A DNA stretch of 64,000 bases from an uncultured delta proteobacterium (GTDB lineage: Bacteria; Desulfobacterota; Binatia; UBA9968), in assembly GCA_963816145.1 (NCBI GenBank), contig CAWFJP010000005.1, positions 224,001 through 288,000 on the forward strand, in the 5' to 3' direction. The notes below the pieces were generated by a model. That model was not told the DNA's origin. It worked only from the letters and a program-made list of their open reading frames with translations, and ran no database searches. Shown here one piece after another: positions 28,278 to 38,629 of the stretch. Made by a program: the position numbers and the translations under genes. Each line of letters begins with the position of its first letter. Position 1 is the stretch's first letter.

Positions 28278-28376
28278 TAATGTATTTGTTGACCTCAGCA
28301 GAACTTGTTTCATTAAATCTTTGCCGTCGTGTGCCATAGGGGCTCGCTTCAGCGCGGCAAGATCGTAACCGATTGG

Positions 28377-28889
28377 CTACGGTTGCTTGGGCATATTTTT
28401 CATCATGTCGTTCATATTGATATTGGGCATCCCGGGCATGGAGATGTCGCCGGGTTTCTGCCCTGGTTTACATGCTCCCACCCATTTGGCATCAACTGTC
28501 GTGGCGGACTCTTTGATGCCGTGTAGCGGCGGATTATAAGTCGATTTAATGTCGCCTTTGTAATTCGAGTCGAATTGGCCGGTGAAAACGCCCTTAGTAG
28601 TTGTCGTAGTCCCGCTCATCTTACACACCGATTCGGTGACAATTTTATTGCCTTCGCGGCGCATTTCATTTTTAGAGCAGGCTTGCTTTTCGGTTCCAGC
28701 CATATTGTTTTTCGTCAGATCGTCGGTCTTTTCGTCGATGCATTGCTGCATGGCCTGGCTGCCTTTGGTGCCGCTGTTCGACACGGTAATCTCCCATAAG
28801 CCGGATTTACGTTTGGGCATGTCGGAGCCAGCAGCGAAAGTTGTGCTCGCCGTGACAAGGAGTGTGGCGAACAACGTGGAAAGTTTCAT
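28377..28889 (-). CDS. DUF3617 family exported protein
   Basis: Signal peptide; 'PKRKSGLWEIT', 'QQCID', 'AKWVGACKPGQKPGD'. Confidence 0.75.
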   Translation of the reverse strand: MKLSTLFATLLVTASTTFAAGSDMPKRKSGLWEITVSNSGTKGSQAMQQCIDEKTDDLTKNNMAGTEKQACSKNEMRREGNKIVTESVCKMSGTTTTTKGVFTGQFDSNYKGDIKSTYNPPLHGIKESATTVDAKWVGACKPGQKPGDISMPGMPNINMNDMMKNMPKQP

Positions 28890-28992
28890 GGGGGGTTCTC
28901 CTAACGTAGATTTGGAGTTTTGTTGGCGGTGATCAAAGCGCGGATTTACTTACGCGACCCAGACAGTCGCAAGTGTCAAAAATCGTCGGGCG

Positions 28993-29973
28993 CTAGATTG
29001 CCGCCGGCTGATCGAGTTCGAATCCAAGATCGCGGATCATCTGGTGCGCGTCGGTGGCATCTTGGCCGGGCGTGGTGAGATAGCCATTGACGAACATCGA
29101 GTTGGCTGGATAGAGGCTCAGTGGTTGCAAAGAGCGCAAGTTCACTTCACGGCCGCCGGCGACGCGCAGTTCTTTAGTCGGATTGACGAAGCGAAACAGG
29201 CAGAGCGTTTTTAGGCAGCGCTGCGGCGTCAGTTCGCGTTTCTGCTCGAAGGGCGTCTTGGGAATCGAGTTCAAAAAATTCACCGGGATCGAGTCGATGT
29301 CCATGGCGCGCAGGGTCATCGCCAGGTTGATGATGTCGTCGTCGCTTTCGCCCATGCCGATGATGCCGCCGGAGCATGTGCCGATGCCGGCGCTCTTGAC
29401 GCTCTCGATGGTCGCGACCCGGTCGTCGTAGCTGTGGGTCGTGACGATGTCGGCGTGATGCTCGCGGCTGGTGTTCAAGTTATGATTGACCCGGCCGACG
29501 CCGGCGGCGGCGAGTTTCTGGGTCTTATCTTCGTTCATCAAACCGAGCGAACAGCAGACGTTCATACCGGTTTGGGCGCGGATCTCGCGCACCGCCGCGG
29601 TGATGTCGTCGATCTCTTTGTTGGTCGGGCCGCGGCCGCTGTTGACGATACAAAAGCGCACGGCGCCGGCTTCTTTGGCTTTGCGCGCGCTTTCGACGAG
29701 CTTGTCCTTGGACATGAAGGTATACTTGTCGACGGGTGCTTCGGAGACGGAAGATTGCGAACAGTAGTGGCAGTCTTCCGGGCACAGGCCGCTCTTGGCG
29801 TTCTGCAAGACATGGATCTGCACGCGCTTGCCATAATAATGGTGGCGCACTTTGAAGGCGGCGCTCAAGATCTCCGGCAATTGCTCGTCCGGCGCGTTCA
29901 ATATCTCTCGCAGTTCCTCGCGCTCGGGAAGGATGCCTTGCAGTGCTTTGTCCGCCAGTCGCTGAAAATCCAT
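28993..29973 (-). CDS. bioB: Biotin synthase
   Basis: NAKSGLCPEDCHYCSQS radical SAM motif, NHNLNTS, CSGGIIGMGE, SIPVNFL, RVAGGRE, YLTTPG. Confidence 0.95.
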   Translation of the reverse strand: MDFQRLADKALQGILPEREELREILNAPDEQLPEILSAAFKVRHHYYGKRVQIHVLQNAKSGLCPEDCHYCSQSSVSEAPVDKYTFMSKDKLVESARKAKEAGAVRFCIVNSGRGPTNKEIDDITAAVREIRAQTGMNVCCSLGLMNEDKTQKLAAAGVGRVNHNLNTSREHHADIVTTHSYDDRVATIESVKSAGIGTCSGGIIGMGESDDDIINLAMTLRAMDIDSIPVNFLNSIPKTPFEQKRELTPQRCLKTLCLFRFVNPTKELRVAGGREVNLRSLQPLSLYPANSMFVNGYLTTPGQDATDAHQMIRDLGFELDQPAAI

Positions 29974-30199
29974 TCTCTGCCCTCCAAAACTAGCAAGTTT
30001 TTAACACGCGAGGTGTGGCCATGCAATCAACGAGCGGTTGGAAGCCACTAATATCTCTGTAGATTTCGCAACTCAGGTGCAATCTTCCGAATCCGCTCAA
30101 GTGGCGCGGTGAATCCACCGCAAGCGAGGCGTTCTACCCGGTAAATAGCGATTGGCGGCTGGCGAATTTACCAGTGCCAATGACGACTAAGGTAGACTT

Positions 30200-30643
30200 T
30201 CACGCGTCGGTCAGCACCCGGTGATAGCGGCCGAGGACGAAAATGAATCCCGCCAAAACGAAGTGAAAAATAATCGGGATAATGTCGCCGAACCAGCGCA
30301 TTTCGGGATGGAGAATCATGGTCAGGATATAGCGAACGACCATGAGACTGGCGTAGACGGCGCTAAATTTCATCAGGATGCCGGACCAGTGCGGTCGCAC
30401 GACGGCGAAGGCGCCTTTGCCGCGCCAGATCGCAGCAGTGATTTTAATCATCAGCATCAACATGAGAAGTTGGATGATCAGTAGCGGCGGATACGGAATC
30501 ATGCCGGAAAACCATTGTTCCATCGGCGGCAGCCAAGGCACGCCGACGAAAGCGACCAGGGCTTGGCCCAAGACACGGCCGGCAAATAAGACGGTGATGA
30601 ACGCTAACAAGGGTCCGTGAATGGGTGGTTTCTTGCTATTCAC
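30200..30643 (-). CDS. Small membrane protein (~4 TM), last gene of the GH3 operon
   Basis: 147 aa hydrophobic; 'RVLGQ', 'WFSGMIPYP', 'IPIIFHFVLA'; starts 4 bp after the GH3 stop. Confidence 0.75.
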   Translation of the reverse strand: MNSKKPPIHGPLLAFITVLFAGRVLGQALVAFVGVPWLPPMEQWFSGMIPYPPLLIIQLLMLMLMIKITAAIWRGKGAFAVVRPHWSGILMKFSAVYASLMVVRYILTMILHPEMRWFGDIIPIIFHFVLAGFIFVLGRYHRVLTDA

Positions 30644-30647
30644 ATGG

Positions 30648-32303
30648 TCAAATATGGATGGTCAGCCGGGTTTCGCCAGCTTCTTCCGGCGTCGTGCTCA
30701 GCAGTTGCGCTTTGAACTGGGTATCGCGGTTGCTGCGTTGGATTGCTGCGGCAGCTTTACGGTCGAACCAACCGGCATGCATCACGCAGAGGACCGGCGC
30801 TTTGAGGCGCTGCGATTGGCGCTTCTGGCCGTATTCCAAATTCAGCATGCTTAAGTTTACATCGAGCGCGCTGAGCAGTTGCTTGAGAGCGATCTCAGTC
30901 GGTTGGGTTCCAACGAACTCGACCATGAAGGCGTAGCGCGATTGCGCCACGTCGGCAAAAGCGCGGTAATGCTGGACTGTGATGCCGGCCGTGGTTTGCG
31001 CCTCGATCATTGCATGAATCACTTGATTGACGTGGAGCTTCTCGCCGGTGATGCTGGTGACATCGCGGCCTTTACGGACAAATTCGATCAGCGGTGTGCG
31101 CTTGTAGAAACCCGCCACGCGCACCACGTCGTTGATATCGTAGCGGTACAAACCGCCGGGTGTGGTCAGGATCACACAATAATGATCGCCTTCTCTGAGT
31201 TCCGCGCAGGTGAGTGGGGCGGGCTGAGCGCTGTCGATTTCGCTTTCCGGAATGAATTCATAAAAGTTGGCGCCGACGTCGAGGATGCCGGCGGAGCCCG
31301 CATCGGAGATCGGCAAGGTCATTTGTGCTTCGCTGGCCATATATCCCAGATCTCGCACGGGAATCGAATCGCCGAACCAGCGGTGAAATTCACGCAAACG
31401 CACGCCGACGCTGCCGCCTTTCCAGCAGCCGATCATTTGCAGCTCCGGCCAATAGTCCCTGGGGCGCAGCTCGCCGTAATGGTTCACCATGCGTTCCAGC
31501 TCGGCGGCGCGGCCGGGATTTTTCTTCAATCGGGATTGCAGCGCTTGGCGGATCGAGGAGGTAAGATTACAGCCGTCGGAAATTGTGCCGTCGCGAATGT
31601 CTCTGATGATTTCGTCTTTGGCGCGGTCGGCGCTTTCGACTAGCCGCAGGATCGTGCTCGGATTAGGCGTGCCGAAAAATGAGATGCGCTGTGCCAAGGC
31701 CAGACGCATGATGAGGTAATACTTGGCGGCGAAGTCTTTGACTTCGGCGATTTCATAGGGCAGGGCGAAAGCGTTTTGGATCCAGCGCGGGCTGCTCTGA
31801 TAGATCAAGCCGGAGGCGGCGCCGAAGGGAATGTTGCCGGCAGTTTTGCCTTCGTGCGCAGCGCTGACGACGCCGAGCAGTTTGCCGTTGAACAGGCCGG
31901 GATGATCGAGGTTGGCGCGGTAATACCACAAACGCGTGAGTTGGCGATGGTTGACGCGGCTGGTCGCGGTTACCGGGATCAATTTTGGCGCGCCGGTGCT
32001 GCCGCTGGTTAGGGTGAACATCAGCACCGGATCTGCGGTCAATACCTGGGCTTCGCCGTTCACAGCGCGCTCGACGTATGGGCGCAGCCGTTCGTAGTCG
32101 CCGATAGCGACTTGATTACGATAATCTGCCAAGCTGCGAACGGCGGCGAAGCCATGATCTGTGCCGAAAGCGGTCGCGCGATTGCGCTGGACAATGTCGA
32201 GCAGCAGTCGGTTCTGTACCGTCGCCGGATCGCCGCAACGTCTTTCCCAGTCCGTCCACAAACGGCCGGTGACATACGCCGCGGCTTCGATGATGAAATT
32301 CAT
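30648..32303 (-). CDS. GH3 family acyl-adenylate/amido synthetase
   Basis: TSGSTGAPKLIP, YMASEA, FYEFIP, GGLYRYDINDVV, FVRKG, SITGEKL. Confidence 0.88.
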   Translation of the reverse strand: MNFIIEAAAYVTGRLWTDWERRCGDPATVQNRLLLDIVQRNRATAFGTDHGFAAVRSLADYRNQVAIGDYERLRPYVERAVNGEAQVLTADPVLMFTLTSGSTGAPKLIPVTATSRVNHRQLTRLWYYRANLDHPGLFNGKLLGVVSAAHEGKTAGNIPFGAASGLIYQSSPRWIQNAFALPYEIAEVKDFAAKYYLIMRLALAQRISFFGTPNPSTILRLVESADRAKDEIIRDIRDGTISDGCNLTSSIRQALQSRLKKNPGRAAELERMVNHYGELRPRDYWPELQMIGCWKGGSVGVRLREFHRWFGDSIPVRDLGYMASEAQMTLPISDAGSAGILDVGANFYEFIPESEIDSAQPAPLTCAELREGDHYCVILTTPGGLYRYDINDVVRVAGFYKRTPLIEFVRKGRDVTSITGEKLHVNQVIHAMIEAQTTAGITVQHYRAFADVAQSRYAFMVEFVGTQPTEIALKQLLSALDVNLSMLNLEYGQKRQSQRLKAPVLCVMHAGWFDRKAAAAIQRSNRDTQFKAQLLSTTPEEAGETRLTIHI

Positions 32304-32308
32304 AAAGT

Positions 32309-34174
32309 TTAACGGTGCAATTCGATCTTTTCGACAGTCAGTCGTTCCAGGGCTTGATCTTTCACGGTGACGCTCAAACCGCGGCTTTTCAGCAGCGGTG
32401 CGCGGCCGCCCAAGCCGAAGGCGAGGTTTTCGAAGGTGATGTCCTCAGTAAGCAACCACGTGCCAAACGACCCCTCGGCGCAGACTAGCGCCGGAACATG
32501 GGCCGCCAAGGTTCTTCCAGCGGCCGACAAGATGCCGGTCTCGCCGACTTGGGCGCCGACTTGGATGTTGATGCCGGCTTCCTGGGCGATTTTGGCGATG
32601 GCTAAGCTGCCGGCGATGCCGCCGTTCTTCGATAGGCGAATATTGAATAGATCGCAGCCATTTCTCTGCGATCAGCGGCGCGCCTGATCGAGAGTGACGA
32701 GCGATTCGTCAGCCATGACCGGGATGCCGCACTCGGCGCGAACTTTTTTCATGCCGGCGATGTCTTCGGCCGCCACCGGTTGTTCGATCATAACGAGCTT
32801 AAAGGGCGCCAACAGTTTCAACTGTTCAAGCGCTTGTGCCGCCGTCCAGGCGCCGTTGGCGTCGGCGCGGAGTTCGACGCTGTCGCCCACCGCTTTGCGC
32901 ACGGCGTCCAGGCGTGCGGCATCGTCGGCCGTGCCGACCTTGACTTTGATTTGCTTGATGCCCAAGCGCGCCATGCGCTTGGCTAGCGCGGCAGCGTCTT
33001 TGGGACTGTCGGCGGAGATCACGCCGCTGTAGACGACCTCGAAACGGCACGGCGGGAGATAGTCCGCCAAAGCGCTGTGATCGGCGCGCAGGCTCCAGTC
33101 GAGGAGCGCCAGTTCGACGGCGCAAAACGCCGCGTTCCAGGCGATGACGCTGTTGTTGGATTCCAAGTTTTGCGTCCAGTCCGGCAATAGCGACTGGAGC
33201 TGCTCGATGGTCTGCCATCCTGGATAAAAACTTTCTTGAAAAATCCGCGGCGCAAGGAAGTCGCGGATGCGGGCGATCATGCTGTCGGAGTTTTCGCCGG
33301 TGACATAGGCGCGTGGCAGTCCTTCGCCAAAACCGCTGCGGCCGTCGCTGCCGCTGACTTTGACAACGATGGCATCGCTCTCCTCGCGGCTGTGCAGCGC
33401 ATGACTAAAAGTTTGGTGGAATGGGATGCGCAGGCGGTAGACGGTCAGCGCGTCAACGCGCCGCGGCTGGGCCGCTTTGCTGCGCGTTTTCAGCCGTGAA
33501 CTCGGCGGAAAATAGTGGCGGCAGAAAAGCTTGTCGCCGAGGGTGACGCCGGCGATCTGCTCGAAGAGAGCATCGGAGATTTGATGAAACTGGGTATAGT
33601 CTTGGATCACCGTGATGGCTTCTTCGGCATGACGGATATCGACTTCGGAGTGCAGCTCGAACCAGCGCAGGGCGGCGCGCGGAATCGCGTACTTATGTTG
33701 GAGCGCGTTGGCCAGTTCGCTGGAGCAACGCGACAGCATGAACTCGAAGCTCATGGTTTCAAGCAGCACCGACAGGCAGAGTTCGCGTAACGTCGCCACC
33801 GGCACACGGGTGGCGCAAACCAGCGCGACCCGTCGGCGCGCATCGTTGATCAGTTGGTTGATTTCGTCTTGATTGAAACCGACGGCGCGGGCCATGTCCA
33901 AGAGCAGCTGGGAGTGGGGCGGTTCATCTTCGGACCGGCCCATTTCTTCGAGCAGGTTTTCTTTCAACATTGCGGCCGCGGTGGACGGTAGCGAGGCGAA
34001 ACAGAGCGCGACGATATGCGCCGATAGATAATGGGTGCGAAAGACATTGCGCAAGAACTCGTAGGCCGCCGCGATACCGGCGCCGCCGCCGACGAGTTCG
34101 CGGTATTCGGCGGCTTGCGTGAACTCATCAGTGGCTTGCTCGAAATATTTTACGATCGATTGCGCGGCGACCAT
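32309..34174 (-). CDS. Fusion: heme-oxygenase-like diiron oxidase (HDO) + enolase-superfamily (MLE/dipeptide epimerase-like) domain; apparent internal stop at 32672-32674
   Basis: N-terminal ENLLEEMG...H / SFE / HSEVDIRH; C-terminal GFGEGLPR, IKVK, RADANG, IEQP, ADES, then in the same frame after the TGA: GCDLFNIRLSKNGG...GAQVGETGILS...EGS; GGAGG RBS. Confidence 0.8.
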
Positions 34175-34222
34175 GGTCACCTCCGTCGCTGATTAGGAAG
34201 CGGTTGCGGTTCGCTGGCGCTC

Positions 34223-37200
34223 CTAAGCGCTGGCCATTTCTAGCGCTAACGCTTTGACTGTTTTTAGATCGGCTTTGCCCGAGCCGAGGATGGGAATCGC
34301 GTCGATCGGGTGGAGATCGTCGCGCTTCGGTATCCATAGTTTTGGCAATGCGGACTTGTTGAGCTTGTCCCACAGTTCTTCGCGGCTGACGCCGTTCTTG
34401 GCGAAGAAAACCACCAGCTTCTCGCCGCGCTGCGCGTCCGGGATCGCCGTGACCACGCTTGCCGGGCTGCCGAGGACTTGGTTGATCATTTCTTCGATCT
34501 TCATATGGGGCACCATCTCGCCGCCGATCTTGCTGAAGCGCGACAAACGGTCAGTGACCGTGATGAAGCCGTCCTCGTCGATGCTCGCGATATCGCCGGT
34601 GACATACCAACCGCGACGCATCGCCTGGTCGGTGAGGTTCTGCTGATTCAAGTAGCCAAGCATGACATTGGGTCCTTTGATGAGCAGCAACCCGGCTTCG
34701 CCTGGGCCGAGGGTTTCGCCGCTATCGGGATCGACGACCTTGGCGGCGACGCCAGGGAGGGGGTGGCCGACGGTGCCGGGCTTATGGCCGGTCTGCTTTT
34801 CTTTACCATCGACGACATCGGGCGTGTTGACCGCGGCCACCGGTGAGAGTTCGGTGCAGCCGTAGCCTTCAAGAATCGTTAAGCCGAATTTCTCCTCGTA
34901 TCCCTGGGCGATCTGCTCGCGCAACTTCTCCGCGCCGGCGATGACGTAGCGCAGCGACGCGAATTGTTCCTTGGTGCAGCGGCGCCAGTAGCTGACATAG
35001 AAGGTCGGCGTGCTGATCATCAGCGTCGCGCGGTATTTCTGCACGGTCTCGCCGACGGTTTTGGCGTCGGTGGGATTGGCGTGATAGACCGCGCCGAAGC
35101 CGGTCAGCAGCGGCAGCCAAATCGTTGCGGTGAAACCAAAGGCGTGAAACAGCGGCAGGATGCCCATGATGCGATCCTGCGGCGTGAATTGAATTATTTG
35201 GCAGATGGCCTCGACGTTGGAAATAATGTTGTGGTGCGACAGCATCACGCCTTTGGGCGTGCCGGTGCTGCCGCTGGAAAAAATAATTGTTGCGAGATCG
35301 TTGGGGCGCTGTTGTTTGCGCGCCCGGCGGTTGAGCCAGCGCACCGGCGTGACGTAGGCCTTGACGGCGGTGGCGAATTTCACCGCGCCGGAAAAGCTCT
35401 CGCGGACCTCCTCGACGAAAACCATGCCGTCCATTTCCTCGAGATTGGCTTTTTCCAAAAACGCTCGCGACGTGACGATGGTTTTAATCTTGCACTGGGC
35501 AACCGCCGCAGCCATGGCTTCCTTGCCGGCGGTGAAGTTGAGATTCACCGGCACTTTGCCGGCCAACTGGATAGCTACGTTAATCAGCGCGCCGCCGACG
35601 CTGGCGGGCAGCATGACGCCGACCATCGTCTGATTCGCGCAATGGCTGCGCAGCCAGCGGCAAAAAAGCAGGCTGCCGACCAAGGTCTTGCCATAAGTGA
35701 GTTCGCTGCCGGTGGTGTCGGCCATACAGAATCTCGACCAATGGCGCTTGGCCGTCTCGACGAACTTGGCGTGGAGCAGATCACCGGGAAGGCGGCGGTA
35801 TTCCACCGCCGCGCTTTCGAGCTCTAAGATGGCGTTGCGTACTTGCGGCACGGTGGAAGTCGGCGGCAACGGCGCGCCGAAGGAAACGGTTACCGAGTAA
35901 GGAAACTTCTCCGGCCATTTGCGAAAAAATTTGCCGTCTTTGAAACTGAAGATGCTGCCCCAGAGCTGATCCAGGTGCACTGGCACGATCGGCACATGGG
36001 TGCCTTCGACGATTTTCTCAAAGCCGCGCTTGAATGGCAGCAGCCGGCCGGTGCGGCTGATGGCGCCCTCGGCGAAGATGCACACCACATGGCCTTTTTC
36101 GAGCTCGTTTCTCGCCCGCTTGAGCGATTCGACGATGTCGCGCCGGTTGTTCGCCGACACCGGGATGGAGCGCATCAGGCGGAAGAACCAATTGAGCGAT
36201 TTTAGGTCGTAATACTCTCGGTGCAGCATGAAGCGGACAAAGCGCGGCAGCGGCGCGCCGACCAAAAGCGCGTCGACGAAGGAGACATGATTGCAGACCA
36301 GCAGCGCCGGCCCCTGGAGCGGCATATTTTCCGCACCGACGATGCGAATGCGGTAAAGCGTGTTGGTCAAGAGCCAGACGACGAAGCGCACGAAATAGTC
36401 CGGCAGCAGGTACAAGACCACTCCCGTGCCGGCTAGAGTAAATAGCCCGATCAGCAAGATGATCGTATCCGGGGATATTTGAAGCGGGGTTTTCAGGAAC
36501 CAGTGCAGTGCGGCCGCCAGAGCGATGCCGATGGTGTTCATGAAATTGTTGGTGGCGATCAGTTGGCCCTTTTCTTCTTTGCCGCTACGCTGCTGCAAGA
36601 GCGCGTTGAGCGGCACGGCAAACAGGCCGGCGCTAAAGCCCAGGAGCACCAGGGCCGTGGCTGTGTAGGGATAAGAGGGCGCCGACCAGGCGACCAGCGC
36701 GAGGCAAAAGCCCATCGCCACCGAGCCCAGCGGCACGAGGCCCAACTCGACGTGATCGCCGGAGAGTTTGCCGGCGGCGAGACTGCCGATGCCGATACCG
36801 ATGGCCAAGAAAGTTCCTAACAGTCCGATGTGAAACTCATCGAGCTGTAACAGCTCTTTGCCGAAGAAGAGAATGTTGATATTGACCAGCGCGCCGAGAA
36901 ACCAGAAGTAGGAGATGCCGATCACCGTCAGCCACAGCGCACGTTCACTGCGCAGCCGGCGCAAACCGTCGGTAATTTCGCCGAAGGGGTTCAAGTTCAA
37001 TAATTTCGCCGCGCCCGAAGGTGGCACCCGGGCGATGCCGAGGCTGGTGAAGTAGCCGGCCACGGCGATGGCGATCATGATCAAGCCGATGCGCGGCAAA
37101 TCATGTTTCCAAACTGAAAAGATCGCACTGCCGAGCGAGGTGCCCAAGATGATCGCCATGAAGGTGCTCATCTCCAATAGGCCGTTACCGCGGGAAAGGT

Positions 37201-37618
37201 CTTTGTCCGGCAGCATCTCCGGCAAGATGCCGTACTTCGCCGGGCTGAAGAAGGCGGAGTGCAGACCCATCAAAAAAACCGCGCCGAGCATGGGGCGGAC
37301 GTCGCCATAAAAAAATGCCACCAGCGAGAAGACCATGATGGCGATTTCGATCGCCTTCACCGCCACCAAGATGGTTCGCTTGCTACAGACATCGGCGAGA
37401 TGGCCGGCATAGCCGGAAAACAGTGCCGATGGTAAGATAAACAGTATGGCGATCAATTCGACGTAATAGTCGCCGCCGTGCCCGGCGAGGCTTAGGGCGA
37501 CGAAAGAGACCACGATTTTTAAAAAATTGTCGTTAAATGCCCCCAAGAACTGGGTGCAGAAGAACGGAAAGAATCCCGGTAGTTTGAGCGTATTAGTGTA
37601 GTTGCCGTTGTTCATCAA
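34223..37618 (-). CDS. aas: Aas-like trifunctional protein: LplT-like MFS + PlsC acyltransferase + acyl-ACP synthetase
   Basis: TQFLGAFNDN and SPAKYGILPE (MFS); NHVSFVD and IFAEG (acyltransferase); FSSGSTGTPKGV, EGYGCTE, YVTGD, DRLSRFSKIGGEMV (AMP-binding). Confidence 0.88.
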   Translation of the reverse strand: MMNNGNYTNTLKLPGFFPFFCTQFLGAFNDNFLKIVVSFVALSLAGHGGDYYVELIAILFILPSALFSGYAGHLADVCSKRTILVAVKAIEIAIMVFSLVAFFYGDVRPMLGAVFLMGLHSAFFSPAKYGILPEMLPDKDLSRGNGLLEMSTFMAIILGTSLGSAIFSVWKHDLPRIGLIMIAIAVAGYFTSLGIARVPPSGAAKLLNLNPFGEITDGLRRLRSERALWLTVIGISYFWFLGALVNINILFFGKELLQLDEFHIGLLGTFLAIGIGIGSLAAGKLSGDHVELGLVPLGSVAMGFCLALVAWSAPSYPYTATALVLLGFSAGLFAVPLNALLQQRSGKEEKGQLIATNNFMNTIGIALAAALHWFLKTPLQISPDTIILLIGLFTLAGTGVVLYLLPDYFVRFVVWLLTNTLYRIRIVGAENMPLQGPALLVCNHVSFVDALLVGAPLPRFVRFMLHREYYDLKSLNWFFRLMRSIPVSANNRRDIVESLKRARNELEKGHVVCIFAEGAISRTGRLLPFKRGFEKIVEGTHVPIVPVHLDQLWGSIFSFKDGKFFRKWPEKFPYSVTVSFGAPLPPTSTVPQVRNAILELESAAVEYRRLPGDLLHAKFVETAKRHWSRFCMADTTGSELTYGKTLVGSLLFCRWLRSHCANQTMVGVMLPASVGGALINVAIQLAGKVPVNLNFTAGKEAMAAAVAQCKIKTIVTSRAFLEKANLEEMDGMVFVEEVRESFSGAVKFATAVKAYVTPVRWLNRRARKQQRPNDLATIIFSSGSTGTPKGVMLSHHNIISNVEAICQIIQFTPQDRIMGILPLFHAFGFTATIWLPLLTGFGAVYHANPTDAKTVGETVQKYRATLMISTPTFYVSYWRRCTKEQFASLRYVIAGAEKLREQIAQGYEEKFGLTILEGYGCTELSPVAAVNTPDVVDGKEKQTGHKPGTVGHPLPGVAAKVVDPDSGETLGPGEAGLLLIKGPNVMLGYLNQQNLTDQAMRRGWYVTGDIASIDEDGFITVTDRLSRFSKIGGEMVPHMKIEEMINQVLGSPASVVTAIPDAQRGEKLVVFFAKNGVSREELWDKLNKSALPKLWIPKRDDLHPIDAIPILGSGKADLKTVKALALEMASA

Positions 37619-37745
37619 TGCTGGCTAATTTACTCGGCTCTGTCCGGTTCGGCAAGATCGAATTCTTGCCAATCATCTCTATTCAATTGCGACTTGGTAC
37701 ACTGAAGCGCTTGCGCAAGCCTGACGAACTTTACATAATCCCCCC

Positions 37746-38519
37746 ATGGAATTGACTTATTTAACAGTCCCCCAGTGGCAGAAATACGATGGTTTGCTGC
37801 ATGGCTTCATGGGCCGGCGCGGCGGCAAGAGCGTCGGGCGCTATGCCGGACTCAATGTTTCGTATCGCGTCGGTGACGATAACAAAGTCGTCAGCCAAAA
37901 CGTTTGCGATATGAAGGCGGCCATCGGCATCCATGACGGCAAGATCGTCACCATGCAACAGGTGCATGGCGATAACCTCATTGAAGTCACCGACAAGAAG
38001 ATGAAGGAAGCCGGTCAAGCCGACGCCATGGTGACTGCGGAGAGCGGTCTCTATCTCGGCGTGCTGACGGCCGACTGCGTGCCGCTGCTCTTCATCGCGC
38101 CCAAAGAGCGCCTGGCGGCGGCGGTGCACGCCGGTTGGCGCGGCACGCTCACGGGCATCGCGTCGAAGACCGTCGACTACTTCAAGAGCCGATACGGTGT
38201 CGCAGCCGGCGACTTGCAAGTGGCCCTTGGGCCGTCCATCGGCGTGTGCTGCTATGAAGTCAACAACGATGTTGCCGTACCGCTGATGAAAAAATGGGGC
38301 GCCCTGACAACGCCGAGCATCGCAATGAAAAACGGCAAACCCCATATCAACCTGAGCCGGCTCAACCGAGACATCCTGCGCGCTGTCGGCGTGCCCGGCA
38401 CGCAGCTCTTCCAAATCGGCCCCTGCTCGTCCTGCGCGACCGATGATTTCTTTTCCTACCGCCGAGAAGGCGGCGAGACCGGCCGGCAGATCGGCGTCGT
38501 GGGTTGGTTGCCGTCCTGA
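37746..38519 (+). CDS. pgeF: Peptidoglycan editing factor / YfiH laccase-like protein
   Basis: QVHG, ADAMVT, TADCVP, HAGWRG, GPSIGVCCYEV, FFSYRRE. Confidence 0.9.
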   Translation: MELTYLTVPQWQKYDGLLHGFMGRRGGKSVGRYAGLNVSYRVGDDNKVVSQNVCDMKAAIGIHDGKIVTMQQVHGDNLIEVTDKKMKEAGQADAMVTAESGLYLGVLTADCVPLLFIAPKERLAAAVHAGWRGTLTGIASKTVDYFKSRYGVAAGDLQVALGPSIGVCCYEVNNDVAVPLMKKWGALTTPSIAMKNGKPHINLSRLNRDILRAVGVPGTQLFQIGPCSSCATDDFFSYRREGGETGRQIGVVGWLPS

Positions 38520-38629
38520 TTTTCATTGCCCTGGTCTTCGCTGCGAGCCGGATTCTCTTGACGACTCGGCGCGAAATCGCTAGCGTTGGCGAAATTATTT
38601 CTTGGGCGGTCAGGTAACGGAGGAGAGGT

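Noticed and set aside
29975-30195. BirA operator or riboswitch upstream of bioB
   Set aside because: No match to the TGTAAAC-N14/15-GTTTACA-type palindrome or a recognisable riboswitch core
32672-32674. In-frame TGA as selenocysteine or programmed readthrough
   Set aside because: The position is not a Cys-equivalent site, and a -1/+1 indel pair gives the family-typical ARRLIAENGCD; the tldD frameshift suggests indel errors in this assembly
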